A stretch of DNA of 63,957 nucleotides, counting the filler, from Reclinomonas americana ATCC 50394 (taxonomy: Eukaryota): NCBI GenBank assembly GCA_048213135.1. It is 16 parts of 16 records of this genome, joined end to end, with 100 filler letters (N's around TTAATTAATTAA, not from the genome) between each part and the next. Parts side by side here need not be neighbours in the genome. Positions count along the whole stretch, not along the records: positions 8,593 to 18,644 come from AFZH01016988.1; positions 18,745 to 20,579 come from AFZH01016991.1; positions 20,680 to 22,448 come from AFZH01016992.1; 13 more parts are not named here. One strand, 5' to 3'. The notes under the pieces were generated by a model that did no database searches, had not been told where the DNA came from, and saw nothing but the letters and a program-made list of their open reading frames with translations. Made by a program: the position numbers and the translations under genes. Positions 9,579 through 21,113 of this stretch are shown piece by piece (position 1 is the stretch's first letter; every line of letters begins with the position of its first letter).

Positions 9579-10647
9579 AGAGAGAAGAAGAAGAAGAGAG
9601 AGAGAGAGAAGCACAAAGAACCACAAGGGAGTGAGTGTGGGGAGTAAGAACAGTGAACGCAGCCGGGAGAGATAGAGCGAGAGAGGCAGCTGCACCAGAG
9701 AGAAAAGTGAAATACGAGAATACGGGAGAGCAGAGCGCGAGGATGAGAAACATAGAGAAGAAGAAGAAAAGGAAAATGCAGAAAATGTAAGGCAATGAAC
9801 GAGAGAGAAAGGTGTCGCGCGAGAGAACTTCGTTGAAACTGCAAGGAGTGGGTGAGTGAGAAAGAATAGAACAGCACGCTGCGTGAGGGAAAACGAGTTC
9901 CGAAGTGCGAAGGACCGGGGGAACGAAGAGAAGAGAGGCACGCATTAGCGAGGGAAAAGGAATGAAAGTGCATGGAAGTGGGGGACCACAGTGTTCCTCT
10001 GTCGCAGTCGCCAAGCTTTCCTTCCCTGTCTCCTTATCATTTATCCTTCTCCCTCATTTTCTACTCTCTCACTCGCCTTTGCCTGCATCCCTCTCTCCCT
10101 CACACTCCCCACCCCTCTTTCCTCCCTGCCCTCTCCCTTTGCCTCACCCACCCCTCCAGGCGGCCTGGCCATCGGCAAGCTCAGCGACAAGTTCGGCCGC
10201 TCATTCGGCGTTCTCCTATCCCTCGCCCTCTGGCTCGGCGGCGCGGTGGCCTCCCTCGCCGGCTACATGGAGAGCGGCAGTCTCTCGGTGGCCAGCCAGC
10301 CATCGTACTTCATGTTCACCACCACCGCCGTGCTGTTTGGCGCCGCCGACGCCGGCCTCAACACGCAGCTCATGTCGCTCCTCTCGCAACTGTTTGTGAA
10401 CGAGGGCAAGACGTCGGCGGCCTTTGCTGGCTACCGCCTCTCTCAGTCGCTCGTCCAGTGTGCCGGTCTGGCCATTGGACCGTTCCTGTCGCTCTTCCAG
10501 TTTGGCGTCTACGTGTGCGGCGTGTCGTGGGTGATCGCCGTCACCACCTACCTGCTCTTCCACTTCAAGGTGCTGCGCGAGCGACGACATGTCGACCCGC
10601 AGCGATTGCAGGAGGAGGAGATGGTGGAGATGTCGGATAGGGCATGA
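6863..10647 (+). CDS. UNC-93-like (MFSD11/UNC93A family) MFS transporter, multi-exon, spans a gap
   Basis: Exons encode NVFLLGLSFLFVFYCFAPTQ|SYMTKLN, APWVIKKLG, AVLWTSQGEYL, GKLSDKFGR, TSAAFAGYRLSQS; many TM segments; start codon inferred. Confidence 0.82.
8493..8592. other. Artificial scaffold-gap filler N44-TTAATTAATTAA-N44 (first of 15; others start at 18645, 20580, 22449, 31746, 32885, 36001, 37898, 45306, 49028, 51559, 54351, 56575, 60725, 62213)
   Basis: Identical 100-nt block with stop codons in all six frames, embedded in Ns. Confidence 0.98.
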
Positions 10648-10781
10648 GTGGGGGACGGTGGTAGGCTTTTAGATGTTAGAAAAACTGTGCAGAAACGAAA
10701 GGAAAAATATTAGGAGTGTTAAAAAAAAGGATGGAATGCCTGTGTACTATGTTGATCTAAAAGAGCGGTGTATGATTATAT

Positions 10782-13026
10782 TTACGCGCATCCCTCGGAG
10801 GGAGGGCCGGCGACAAGAACGCCGGCGCGAAGCAGGTTGTCGACCACGTGCCACTCGTCGCCCACCACGTCTTCGCGAGTGAATTCGCTGGGGAAGGAGC
10901 GCAACAGGGCCTCCACCAGCGCTGCGGGCGGGTCACAAGTTAGCAGGTACGACGACAGGAAATCTTTTCTCACTGCACTCACCGGCCGCATCAATCGGGA
11001 ACCGCAACCTCGACTCGGCAATCGGCGGGTTTCGGCCGTACCCGGCCCCCGAACCACCGCAATGATACACAAAACAGTCGTCCTCCTCCACCACCAAGCG
11101 TGCAAACTGCGCCGAGGCCACTCGCAACGCACCGGGCTTCGTTGGTGCCTCCACATGCGGCTTGTGGCGATCCTGCAAAAACTCGAGCGCCTTCTCGTCG
11201 GCCGCCTCGTCCACCTGCTGATTCAGGTGCGGTTCCAGCATTTGCACGAGACCGCTCAGCATCTGCGCCAGCACGTGAGCGACTTTTTCTGTTTCCCCCC
11301 GCCACCCTCTCACCCACGACCACAAACCGAGAAGAACTCGACCCGTTCCACCCGCTCCTCCACCACGCCTTCTCCACCATCGCCATCGTCGTCGTCGTCG
11401 TCGGGCGGTGGTGGCGGCGCGTGCATGACGCCCATGTACTCCAAGTACCGCAGCGGCACCGACTGCCGCAGCTCGCGATGCTGTTGCGCGGCGGCCTCGA
11501 TCGCTCGCGGCAGCAGGGTGAGCAGGAAATCGGCCCACGAGGTGCGACAGCCGGAGCTGACGGTGACGTGCAGGGAGCCGGGAGCGTCGGCGTGCTGCTC
11601 CGGCGGTGAGCGCGCCTGGTGCACCATTCCGCGCGGCAGGTACAGCAAATCGCCGGGACTCAGCTCCACTGTGGCCACCAGCCGATCGCTGACCTCCTCC
11701 TGCTCGTAGTTGCGCGACGAGAAGCGTGCTAGATCGAAGCTCTCCTCCACGGGTTCGTAGAGGTGCCAGGTCTTGCGGCCCTCGATTTGGAGAATGTAGA
11801 CGTCCACGTCGTCGGAGTGCGGGGCGAAGCCTGAGCGGTGGGGGAGAGAAGGGGGAGAAAAAAGAGATAACGGGAGAAGGGGGATGAGAGGAGAAGGGGG
11901 AGTAGGGGGAAGGAGAAGGGGGAGAAGGGGGAAAGGGGAAGAATGCGAAGATGACGGAAGGGGGAAGACGCAAGGGGGAAGGAGAAGGGGGAGAGGGAAG
12001 GGGGAAGAAGGGGAAAAGGGGGAAGACGGAAGGGAAAATACGGAAGGGGAAGAGGGAAAAGAGGGAACACGGAAGAGGGAAGACGGAAGGGTGAAGAGGG
12101 AAGGGGACGGAAGGGTGAAGACGAAAGGGGAAGACGGAAGAGGAAGACGGAGATGTGAAGAAGAGAAGAACACTCAAGACATTGCAGCAAGTGAGAACTT
12201 GGCATGTGGATAAGATATCACGAGGGAACGGAAACTGACAGGGGAACAGCCACACAGAGACAATCAAAGACAGCAGGAAAAGGAGCTAACATGCGACAAG
12301 GTTCGACACCCCCCTTTCCCCACCTCCCCCTCCTCCTTCCACACACCTTGCGACGCCGCCGGAGTCCAGTACGAATTCGCCGAGAACACCGTCGACGCAA
12401 ACTCATCCTCCAGCTCGGCCAGGAGCGTCGCCAGTGGCGGCGAGTACTCCTGCGGTCGCAGCAGGCGCACACTGCATCGCTGCTCCTCAAAGTGCCGCAT
12501 AACCAGGTCGCTTTCCGCGACCTCCACGCCCGCCTCGACGAGCACATCGCGACGGCGTCCGTTCTCGTACAGTGTCACGTCGACGTCGTGGCGGAGGCGG
12601 AGGGTGTTGGTGGCCAGAGCACTGCGGACGGTCGAGGAGGAGAAGAGGGAGGAGTAGTGCGAGCGAGGGCGGGCTGGGAGCAGGGAGAAGGGTGAGAAAG
12701 AGGCTGGAGGGGGAAGGAGATCTTGATATCTCTCACTCTCTTCTCCTTGCACAACAACTGTCTCGACTCTTGCTCTCTCACCCTCAGCAGTGAAAGGAAA
12801 GGAGGAGAAAAAGAAAGAAGGTATTGCTTTCTTTCTCTCTCTCTCTCCTTGGACTGCAACTCTCCTCTCCTTGGACTGCATCTACCTCTCTCCTTCTCCT
12901 TATCCCTCCTCATCCCATTTGAGTGCCATTTGAGTGCTGAGTGAGAGAGACAGGGAGAAAACACAAAAAAGAAGATCATGTTCTCTTCTTCCTCTCCTTG
13001 GACTGCGGCTTTCCTCCCCTTGCTGC

Positions 13027-13087
<61 letters not shown>

Positions 13088-13548
13088 CTCTTCTTTCCTT
13101 TCATTGCATCTCTCTTGCCTTGCCTCCTCTGCCATTCTCTTCTCATTCCCTCACTCACTCCTCTCCTTTGACTACAACTCTCCTCCCCTTGCACAGCATC
13201 TGTCTCTCCTCTCTCTCACTCACTCACTCTCTTCTCCTTTGACTGCTGAGTGAGACAGAGACAGGGACAAGAGATGAGAAAGAAGATCATGCTTTCTCTC
13301 TCTTCTTCTCCTCTCCTTTGACTACAACTCCTCCCCTTGCACATCATCTGTCTCCTCCCTCACTCACTCTCCTTTCCTTCCCCTGCATCTCTCTCTCTGT
13401 CTCTCATCGCACCTGCATCTTCCGCATCTCCTGCAGGCACATACAGATGCTTCTTCTCCCAGAACTCCTGCAGGAAGTGCTGCGGAGCAATGGGGTGGAG
13501 AAGCCACGAGAAAACGCGGTATTCGTGGCTTTCAGAGGCAGCAGACAT
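10782..13548 (-). CDS. RIOX1: NO66/MINA-type JmjC ribosomal oxygenase (cupin_4), multi-exon
   Basis: FLQEFWEKKHLYV, CSVRLLRPQ, NSYWTPAASQ|GFAPHSDDVDVYILQIEGRKTWHLY, PGDLLYLPRGMVHQA, SLHVTVS (HxD...H iron triad). Confidence 0.88.
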
Positions 13549-13681
13549 CGATCTTGGCAAACAAGACAGGACACAGACAGAGGATGTGCTGTACTTCTTC
13601 TGTGGTCTTTAATGCTTGGTTAACATGGGAAGCCGAGTTCAGCGTAAAAGGGAAGGAAAGCTGAGTGGGGTTAAGGAACGA

Positions 13682-14773
13682 TCACAAACGGAGACGGTCA
13701 TCGGTGAAGCAGCGATGAACAACGACTTCTGCTTCCTCGACCAGGAAGCAGCGCAGCACCATCTCTGGCAAGCATCGCGGATCTTCTTCGTCTTCTTGCT
13801 GCATCTCCTGCACAGCCAGCATGGCCGCCCGCGCGCAGTCGAGCTCCTGTTGAGCGAGACCACACGGTGTGGACCACACTCGCACAGTGCAGTCGCAGCT
13901 CGCGCTTATTATGTGCTGACTGTCGGAGGAGACGGCTACACACACTACCTCACCGGTGTGTCCCTCCAGCCGGCGTACCTCCGCGCCGCTCGCCACACAC
14001 CACACTCGCACGGTGTTGTCTTGACTGCCACTCACAACATGGTGACAGTCGGGCGTGACAGTGACCGCGCACACCCGCTCAGTGTGCCCCTTTAGACGCT
14101 GCACCTCCTCTCCACTTGCCAGCGACCACACACGCACAGTCCTGTCAAAACTCCCACTGACTATGAACTGGCTGTCGGGGGTAATGGCGACAGAGTACAC
14201 CGAACCAGTGTGCCCCTGCAACCGCCGCACCTCTTCGCCAGTCACCAGCGACCATACTCGCACTGTGTAGTCAAAAAAACCGCCACCACTCACAGCATGC
14301 TGGTCATCGGCGGTGACGGCGACAGACAACACCGCCCCAGTGTGTCCCTTCAACTCACGCACAACGCTGCCACTCGCCAGTGACCACACGCGCACAGTTG
14401 TATCGGCACTTCCGCTCACAACGAACTCACCATCGCGCGTGACAACGGCAGAGTACACCGCATCCTTGTGCCCCTCCAATCGTCGCACTTCCTCCCCACT
14501 CGCCAGAGACCACACCCGCACGGTTCCCTCTGAACTCCCACTCATCACAATGTGCTGGCCGTCGGGAGTAATGACAATCGACGACACCCACTCGGTGCGC
14601 TCCTCTAATCGTTGCACCTCAATGCCACGAGCCAGTGCCCACACGAGCACTGTTCTGCCATCATGCCCACTCACAATGTGCCGACCGTCAGGAGTGATGG
14701 CCACTGATCGTACAGCGCGACTGTGGCCACGCAGGCACTTGCAGGGAAGGGAAGGGGGAGGTGGCGAGGCCAT
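13682..14773 (-). CDS. WD40 family paralogue B1
   Basis: MASPPPPSLPCKCL; 7 repeats; conserved tail ending FTDDRLRL. Confidence 0.93.
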   Translation of the reverse strand: MASPPPPSLPCKCLRGHSRAVRSVAITPDGRHIVSGHDGRTVLVWALARGIEVQRLEERTEWVSSIVITPDGQHIVMSGSSEGTVRVWSLASGEEVRRLEGHKDAVYSAVVTRDGEFVVSGSADTTVRVWSLASGSVVRELKGHTGAVLSVAVTADDQHAVSGGGFFDYTVRVWSLVTGEEVRRLQGHTGSVYSVAITPDSQFIVSGSFDRTVRVWSLASGEEVQRLKGHTERVCAVTVTPDCHHVVSGSQDNTVRVWCVASGAEVRRLEGHTGEVVCVAVSSDSQHIISASCDCTVRVWSTPCGLAQQELDCARAAMLAVQEMQQEDEEDPRCLPEMVLRCFLVEEAEVVVHRCFTDDRLRL

Positions 14774-14941
14774 TGTGTTGATGCGTGCACGCGCGAGAAA
14801 GGAAAGAAGGACACGGATTTTTGTCAACGTCGGCCCTTCAGCACTGCGTGGCTTTCACTGCATATCACAACAAAGACGACCTCGAAACACAAAGAAACGT
14901 ACAAAAAAAAAACGACGGCAAAAGCACAGGAAAGCAAACAA

Positions 14942-16030
14942 TCACAAGCGGAGACGGTCGTCGGTGAAACAGCGATGAACAACAACTTCGGCCTCCTCGA
15001 ACAGGAAGCAGCGCATTACAATCTCCGGGAGGCAGCGCGGATCTTCTTCACACTCTTCGTCTTGTTGCATTTCTTGTACAGCCAGCATGGCCGCCCGCGC
15101 GCAGTCGAGCTCCTGTTGCGCGAGACCGCACGGTGTGGACCACACTCGCACGGTGTCGTCAAAGCTGCCGCTTACAATATGCTGCCCATCGGAGGAGACA
15201 GCGATAGACACCACCGCATCGTTGTGTCCTTTCATCCGTCGCACCTCCAATCCGCTTACCAGCGACCACACGTGCACTGCCCTGTTTCGAGTACCGCTCA
15301 CCACGTACTGACAATCGAGAGTGACGGCGACGGAGCGCACCGCATCAGAGTGCTGCAAGCAACGCACCTCCTCTCCGCTCGCCAGCGACCACACTCGCAC
15401 AGTTCTGTCGGCACTCCCGCTCACAACGTGCTGACCATCGGGGGTGACGGCGACCGACCACACCGGCCCGGAGTGTCCTTCCAACTGCCGTACCTCCTCC
15501 CCACTCGCCAAAGACCATAGTCGCACTACACTGTCTAGCAAGCCGGCACCACTAACAACGTGCTGACCATCGGGGGTGATGGCGACAGACCACACCGGCC
15601 CAGTGTGTCCTTCCAGCAGTCGCACTTGGTCTCCTTTCTCAAGTGACCATACGCGCACTGTCTTATCGACACTTCCGCTCACAACGTACTCGCCATTGCG
15701 TGTGATGGCGACAGAGTACACGGCATCCTTGTGCCCCTCCAGCCATCGCACTTCCTCCCCGCTCACCATAGACCACACTCGCACCACTCCGTCTGAACTC
15801 CCACTCACAACGTGCTGGCCATCCGGAGTGACGGCGATGCACTTTACCCAGTGCCAGTGTTCTTTCAGCTGTTGCACTTGCTCTCCACTCGCCAGTGACC
15901 ACACGAGCACTGTTCTGCCATCATTCCCACTCACAACATGCTGACCATGAGGAGTGATGGCCACTGATCGTACAGCGCCACTATGGCGACACAGGCACTT
16001 GCACGGGAGGGAAGGGGGAGGTGAGTTCAT
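14942..16030 (-). CDS. WD40 family paralogue B2
   Basis: MNSPPPSLPCKCL; 7 repeats; conserved tail. Confidence 0.93.
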   Translation of the reverse strand: MNSPPPSLPCKCLCRHSGAVRSVAITPHGQHVVSGNDGRTVLVWSLASGEQVQQLKEHWHWVKCIAVTPDGQHVVSGSSDGVVRVWSMVSGEEVRWLEGHKDAVYSVAITRNGEYVVSGSVDKTVRVWSLEKGDQVRLLEGHTGPVWSVAITPDGQHVVSGAGLLDSVVRLWSLASGEEVRQLEGHSGPVWSVAVTPDGQHVVSGSADRTVRVWSLASGEEVRCLQHSDAVRSVAVTLDCQYVVSGTRNRAVHVWSLVSGLEVRRMKGHNDAVVSIAVSSDGQHIVSGSFDDTVRVWSTPCGLAQQELDCARAAMLAVQEMQQDEECEEDPRCLPEIVMRCFLFEEAEVVVHRCFTDDRLRL

Positions 16031-16209
16031 GCTGCGTGTGCGTGCTTGATACGACTGACGGCGAGAATATTCAACGGACACGCTCGACGTTTCTCGTCGA
16101 GCTGATGGTTCGTTGCATTGCGTACAGGGGAGGTAGACCACATCAAGAGACACACAGTCTTGTACTGAAGAAGAACGAAAGCGGAGCACAGGAAAGGGAA
16201 AACCAACAA

Positions 16210-17316
16210 TCACAAACGCAGACGGTCGTCCATGAAACAGCGATGAACAACAACTTCGGCCTCCTCGACGAGAAAGCAAAACGCATCACGATCTCTGGGA
16301 GGCAGCGCGTATCTTCTTCATCCTCTTCTACCTCTCCGTCTTCTTCTTCCTGCATCTCCTGCACAGCCAGCATGACCAAGCGCGCAGTCGAGCTCTTGTT
16401 GAGCGAGACCACACGGTGTGGACCACACACGCACAGTGGAGTCCCCGCTGCCGCTCACAATGTGATGGCCAGCGGAGGAGATGGCGACAGCTTGCACCGT
16501 TTCAGTGTGTCCCTCCAACCGTCGCACCTCCGCACCGGTGGCCACTGACCACACTCGCACGGTCCTGTCTTGACCCCCGCTCACGATGTATTGACCATCG
16601 ACGGAGACGGCAACAGTGCGCACCCACTCAGTGTGCCCCTTTAGTCGCTGCACCTCCTCTCCACTCTCCATCGACCACACTCGCACCGTTTTATCAGCAC
16701 CCCCACTCACGATGCGTTGACCATCGAGGGTGATGGCAACACAAAACACCCACCCAGTGTGCCCCGCCAGCCGTCGCATCTCCTCCCCACTCGCCACAGA
16801 CCACACTCGCACAGTCGTGTCCGCACTGCCACTCACGACGCGCTGGCCATCGTGAGTGATGGCGACGGAATAGACTTGACGAGTGTGGCCATTCAACAGT
16901 CGCACTTGGTCTCCACTCGCCGGCGACGAAACACGCAGTGACTTGTCAGTACTCCCACTCATCACAGTCAGACCATCGGGGGTGATGGCAGCAGATCGTA
17001 CCCATGCGTCTTGTCCAACTTGCCGTCGCATCTCCTCGCCAGTCACCGTTGACCACACTCGCATTGTCATGTGTACACTCCCACTCGCAGCTGCAATTGA
17101 CTGGCCATCTGGAGCGACGGCGACGCACCAAACCCAACCACTGTGCCCCTCAAACCGTCGCACTTCCTCTCCGCTCGAGAGTGACCAGATGCGCACTGTG
17201 CTGTCTTGGCCTCCACTCACAATTCTTTCGCCGTTGGGAGTGATGGCCAGGGATCGTACAGCGCCACTGTGACCACGCAGGCACTTGCATGGGAGTGAAG
17301 GGGGAGGTGAGGCCAT
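16210..17316 (-). pseudogene. WD40 family paralogue B3 with frameshifted tail (stop at 16318)
   Basis: 7 intact repeats; -2 nt near 16380 and +2 nt near 16279 relative to paralogues; tail still recognisable in shifted frames. Confidence 0.8.
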
Positions 17317-17495
17317 GGTGTGTGTGCGTGCTTGATACGACGGCGAATCGACGGCGAGAATGCGAAGGACAGGCTCGACGTTTTGAGCTGATCGTTCGTT
17401 GCATGACGTACCACGGAGGTAGACCACATTAAGTGACATACAGCCTTGTACTGAAGAAGAGCGAAAGCGGAGCAGAGGAAAAGGAAGACCAACAA

Positions 17496-18596
17496 TCACA
17501 AGCGGAGACGGTCATCGGTGAAACAGCGATGAACAACGACTTCGGCCTCCTCGACCAGGAAGCAACGCATCACAATCTCTGGGAGGCAGCGCGGATCTTC
17601 GTCTTCTACCTCTTCGTCTTCTTCCTGCATCTCCTGCACAGCGCACATGGCCGCCCGGGCACAGTCGAGCTCCTGGCAAGCGAGACCGCATGGTGTGGAC
17701 CACACTCGCACAGTGCTGTCATCACTCCCGCTCACGATGTGCTGCCCGTCAGGTGAAATGGCAACCGACCACACGTAGTTTGTGTGTCCCTCCAGCCGTC
17801 GCACCTCCTCTCCACTCGCCACAGACCACACTCGCAGGGTGTTGTCTTTACTCCCACTCACGATGTGTTGCCCGTCGGGCGTGATGGCCACGGTGCGCAC
17901 CCAGTCAGAGTGACCCTCAAGCCGTCGTACCTCCTCTCCGCTCGCCATTGACCACACGCGGACAGTGCTGTCACTGCTCCCGCTCACTATGAACTGGTTA
18001 TCGGGGGTGATCGCGACAGAGTACACCGGACCAGTGTGCCCCTTCAACTGTCGGACTTCTTCACCGGTCACCATAGACCACACTCGCACGATGTTGTCAA
18101 ACAAGCCGCTGCCGCCGACAACGTGCTGACCGTCGGCGGCAGCGGCGACGGACCACACCACGCTACCGTGCGCCTTCCACACTCGCACAACGCTGCCACT
18201 CGCTAGTGACCACACGCGCACAGTTGTGTCGGCACTTCCGCTCACAACGTACTCGCCATCGAGAGTGACAACGGCAGAGTACACCGCATCCTTGTGCCCC
18301 TCCAGCCGTCGCACTTCCTCCCCACTCACCAGAGACCACACTCGCACGGTTCCGCTTGAGCTCCCAATCACGACGTGCTGGCCATCGCGTGTGACAGCAA
18401 CACTCTTCACCCAGTGCGAGTGTTCTTTCAAGTGTCGCACTTGCTCTCCACTCGCCAATGCCCACACAAGCGCTGTACTGCCATCATGCCCACTCACAAT
18501 GTGCCGACCGTCAGGAGTGATGGCCAGGGATCGCACGGCGCCGCAGTGACCATGCAGGCACTTGCACGGGAGTGAAGGGGGAGGTGGCAAGGTCAT
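17496..18596 (-). CDS. WD40 family paralogue B4
   Basis: MTLPPPPSLPCKCL; 7 repeats; conserved tail. Confidence 0.93.
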   Translation of the reverse strand: MTLPPPPSLPCKCLHGHCGAVRSLAITPDGRHIVSGHDGSTALVWALASGEQVRHLKEHSHWVKSVAVTRDGQHVVIGSSSGTVRVWSLVSGEEVRRLEGHKDAVYSAVVTLDGEYVVSGSADTTVRVWSLASGSVVRVWKAHGSVVWSVAAAADGQHVVGGSGLFDNIVRVWSMVTGEEVRQLKGHTGPVYSVAITPDNQFIVSGSSDSTVRVWSMASGEEVRRLEGHSDWVRTVAITPDGQHIVSGSKDNTLRVWSVASGEEVRRLEGHTNYVWSVAISPDGQHIVSGSDDSTVRVWSTPCGLACQELDCARAAMCAVQEMQEEDEEVEDEDPRCLPEIVMRCFLVEEAEVVVHRCFTDDRLRL

Positions 18597-18968
18597 GGTG
18601 TGTGTGCGTACACGCGTGATTGATATGACAGGAGTGGACACAGCNNNNNNNNNNNNNNNNNNNNNNNNNNNNNNNNNNNNNNNNNNNNTTAATTAATTAA
18701 NNNNNNNNNNNNNNNNNNNNNNNNNNNNNNNNNNNNNNNNNNNNAAAAGCGAGAAAAAGTCGAGATGGCTAATATTAATGCTGGCGTTTCTGCAAGAGAA
18801 ACCACGGCTCGTGACAAGCATGGACAAAGTCGAGAACTGCGATCTTCACCGCATAAGCGTGGTTGTCCAGTGGATTTGACGCACTTGCATGATGTACATT
18901 ATAGAAGGCGCGAGATACATAGATGAAAACGAAAGCCGAGCACACATACAGAAAGCAAAGATAAACAA

Positions 18969-20304
18969 TCACCAACGAAAACGGTCGTCAATGACACAGC
19001 GATGAACAACGACCTCTGCATCCTCGACCAGGAAGCAGCGCATCTCAATCTCCACGAGACAGCGCGGGTCTTCTTCATCACAATCGTCGTCTGCTTCCTG
19101 CATCTCCTGCACAGCCAGCATGGCCGCCCGCGCGCAGTCGCGCTCTAGACGGGCGAGAACGTGGAAGCGGAGGGTGGACCACACACGCACAGTGGTATCA
19201 TGACTCCCACTCGTTAGTTTATACCCGACGGTGAATGTGACAGGATGCAGCTCCTTGACCCTTAACCCTTAACCCGGGGGCCCCTACCCTTGACCCTTTG
19301 CTCTTGACCGTTGGCTTCCTGGGCCCTTGACCCTTTACCCGAGTGTGGGGCAAAAGTTGTGTCTTGCGCAAGTCGCGAAATGTAAGTAGAGACTCCGATT
19401 TGCATGACCAACTGTCGCAGTGCATCTTCACATTACTAGATACAATGTACAAACCATCGCGAGAGATGGCAACCGACGTAACCTCTCCGGCGTGTCCCCA
19501 CAGCTGCCTCATCTCCTCGCCGCTCGCGAGGGACCACACTCGCACTGTCGAATCACCACTCCCGCTCACTACGAGCTCGCTGTCGGGAGTGACGGCGACA
19601 GACGACACCCACTCAGTGTGCCCTTCCAGCATTCGCACTTCTTCCCCTGTCGCCAGTGACCACACTCGCGCGGTCGCGTCACTGCTCCCACTCACGACAT
19701 GCTGGCCGTCGGGGGAGATGGCGACGGAATACACCGGGCAACTGTGCCCCTCCAACCACCGCACGTGCTCGCCACGTGCCAGCGACAGCACTCGCACCCT
19801 GTTGCCTGGATAGCCATTCGCGCTCAAGATGTGCTGGTTATCAGGGGTGACAGCGACGGACCACACCTGCTGAGAGTGTCCTAACACCGTGCGCACTTCT
19901 TCTCCAGTCACCAGAGACCACACTTGCACGGACAAGTCACGAGTGCCCCCCACAATGTGCTGGCCATCGGGAGTGACGGCGACGGAGAGCACCCAATCAT
20001 AGAGCTGCCGTGATCGCCACACTTCCTCCCCGCTCTCGAATGACCACACCCGCACTGTCTTGTCTTGGCTCCCGCTCACCACGTGCTGGGCGTCGGGAGT
20101 GACGGCGACAGATTGCACCGGATCGAAGTGTCCCTCCAGCCGGCGCACTTCTGTCATCGTCACCAGCGACCAAATCCGAATGGTGAGATCCTTGCTCCCG
20201 CTCACCACGTGCTGACAATCGGGAGTGAAGACGACGGAGAGCACCCAGTCAGTGTGCCCATGTAGGCACTTGAATGGGAGAGAGGGGAGATGAGGCAAGG
20301 CCAT
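18969..20304 (-). pseudogene. WD40 family paralogue B5, interrupted in repeat 7 by a 229-bp insertion
   Basis: ..DGLYIV|insert|SGSHDTTVRVWST..ERDCARAAM..RCFLVEDAE..; removing 19213-19441 restores the frame. Confidence 0.88.
19213..19441 (-). mobile_element. Non-autonomous insertion with Helitron-like termini and internal CCCTTRA-type repeats
   Basis: Splits a GT|G codon with no target duplication; minus strand starts ATCTAGTAAT and ends CGGGTATAAACTAAC. Confidence 0.6.
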
Positions 20305-20480
20305 GCGCGTGTGTGTGTGTTGAGAGTTCGTCGGGACATTTTTCCGAACTTCGGAACATGGTCGACACGGAAGGTGAGTTGCATGACTTTCTGCAGAGGT
20401 TCGTCAAGAGAGAGAGAGAGAGACAGCCTTTCATTAAGTAGAAACGAAAGCCAAAGGAATATTATGGGAAAGATAAACAA

Positions 20481-20971
20481 TCAAAAACGGAGGCGGTCGT
20501 CGACGAAGCAGCGATTGACAATGACTTCTGCTTCCTCGACCAGAAAGCAACGCAGCACCATCTCCGGCAAGCAGCGGGGNNNNNNNNNNNNNNNNNNNNN
20601 NNNNNNNNNNNNNNNNNNNNNNNTTAATTAATTAANNNNNNNNNNNNNNNNNNNNNNNNNNNNNNNNNNNNNNNNNNNNTTCTTCTTCTCCTCCCGTGAG
20701 TGACCACACTTCGCACTGTCTCGTCTCGGCCCCCACTCACCACACACTGGCCATCTGGCGTAACAACAACAGCAAACACCCACCCAAAGTGCCCTTTGAA
20801 ACGTCGCACCTCCTCGCCACTCGCCAGCGACCACATGCGCACGGTCGAATCCTTACTCCCGCTCACCACGTGCCGACCATCGGGGGTGAATGCAACACTA
20901 ATCACCCAGTCAGTGTGCCCGCAAAGGCACTTGCACGGGATGAAAAGAGGAGGAGAAGGGCTCGAGGTCAT
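20481..20971 (-). CDS. WD40 family paralogue B6 (middle missing in gap 20580-20679)
   Basis: MTSSPSPPLFIPCKCL + 2 repeats before the gap; PRCLPEMVLRCFLVEEAEVIVNRCFVDDRLRF* after it. Confidence 0.8.
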
Positions 20972-21113
20972 GTGTGAGTACGGTGAGATTTTCTTGCAGG
21001 ACTTCGTCTTCATCTGCGTCGAGCCTTCAGCGGAGAGCGCAGCATGGATTTTACTTTGAACATACAATAGGCGACACACGAGAAGCACAGGAGAGGAAAA
21101 ACAAAAACAACAA

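Noticed and set aside
19254..19340. True telomere
   Set aside because: Only a few degenerate heptamers, internal to an insertion.
19213..19443. B5 insertion as an intron (GT..CTAAC.AG or AT-AC)
   Set aside because: GT-AG removal deletes 5 coding nt and yields a stop; the AT-AC reading restores frame but lacks the U12 ATATCC donor.
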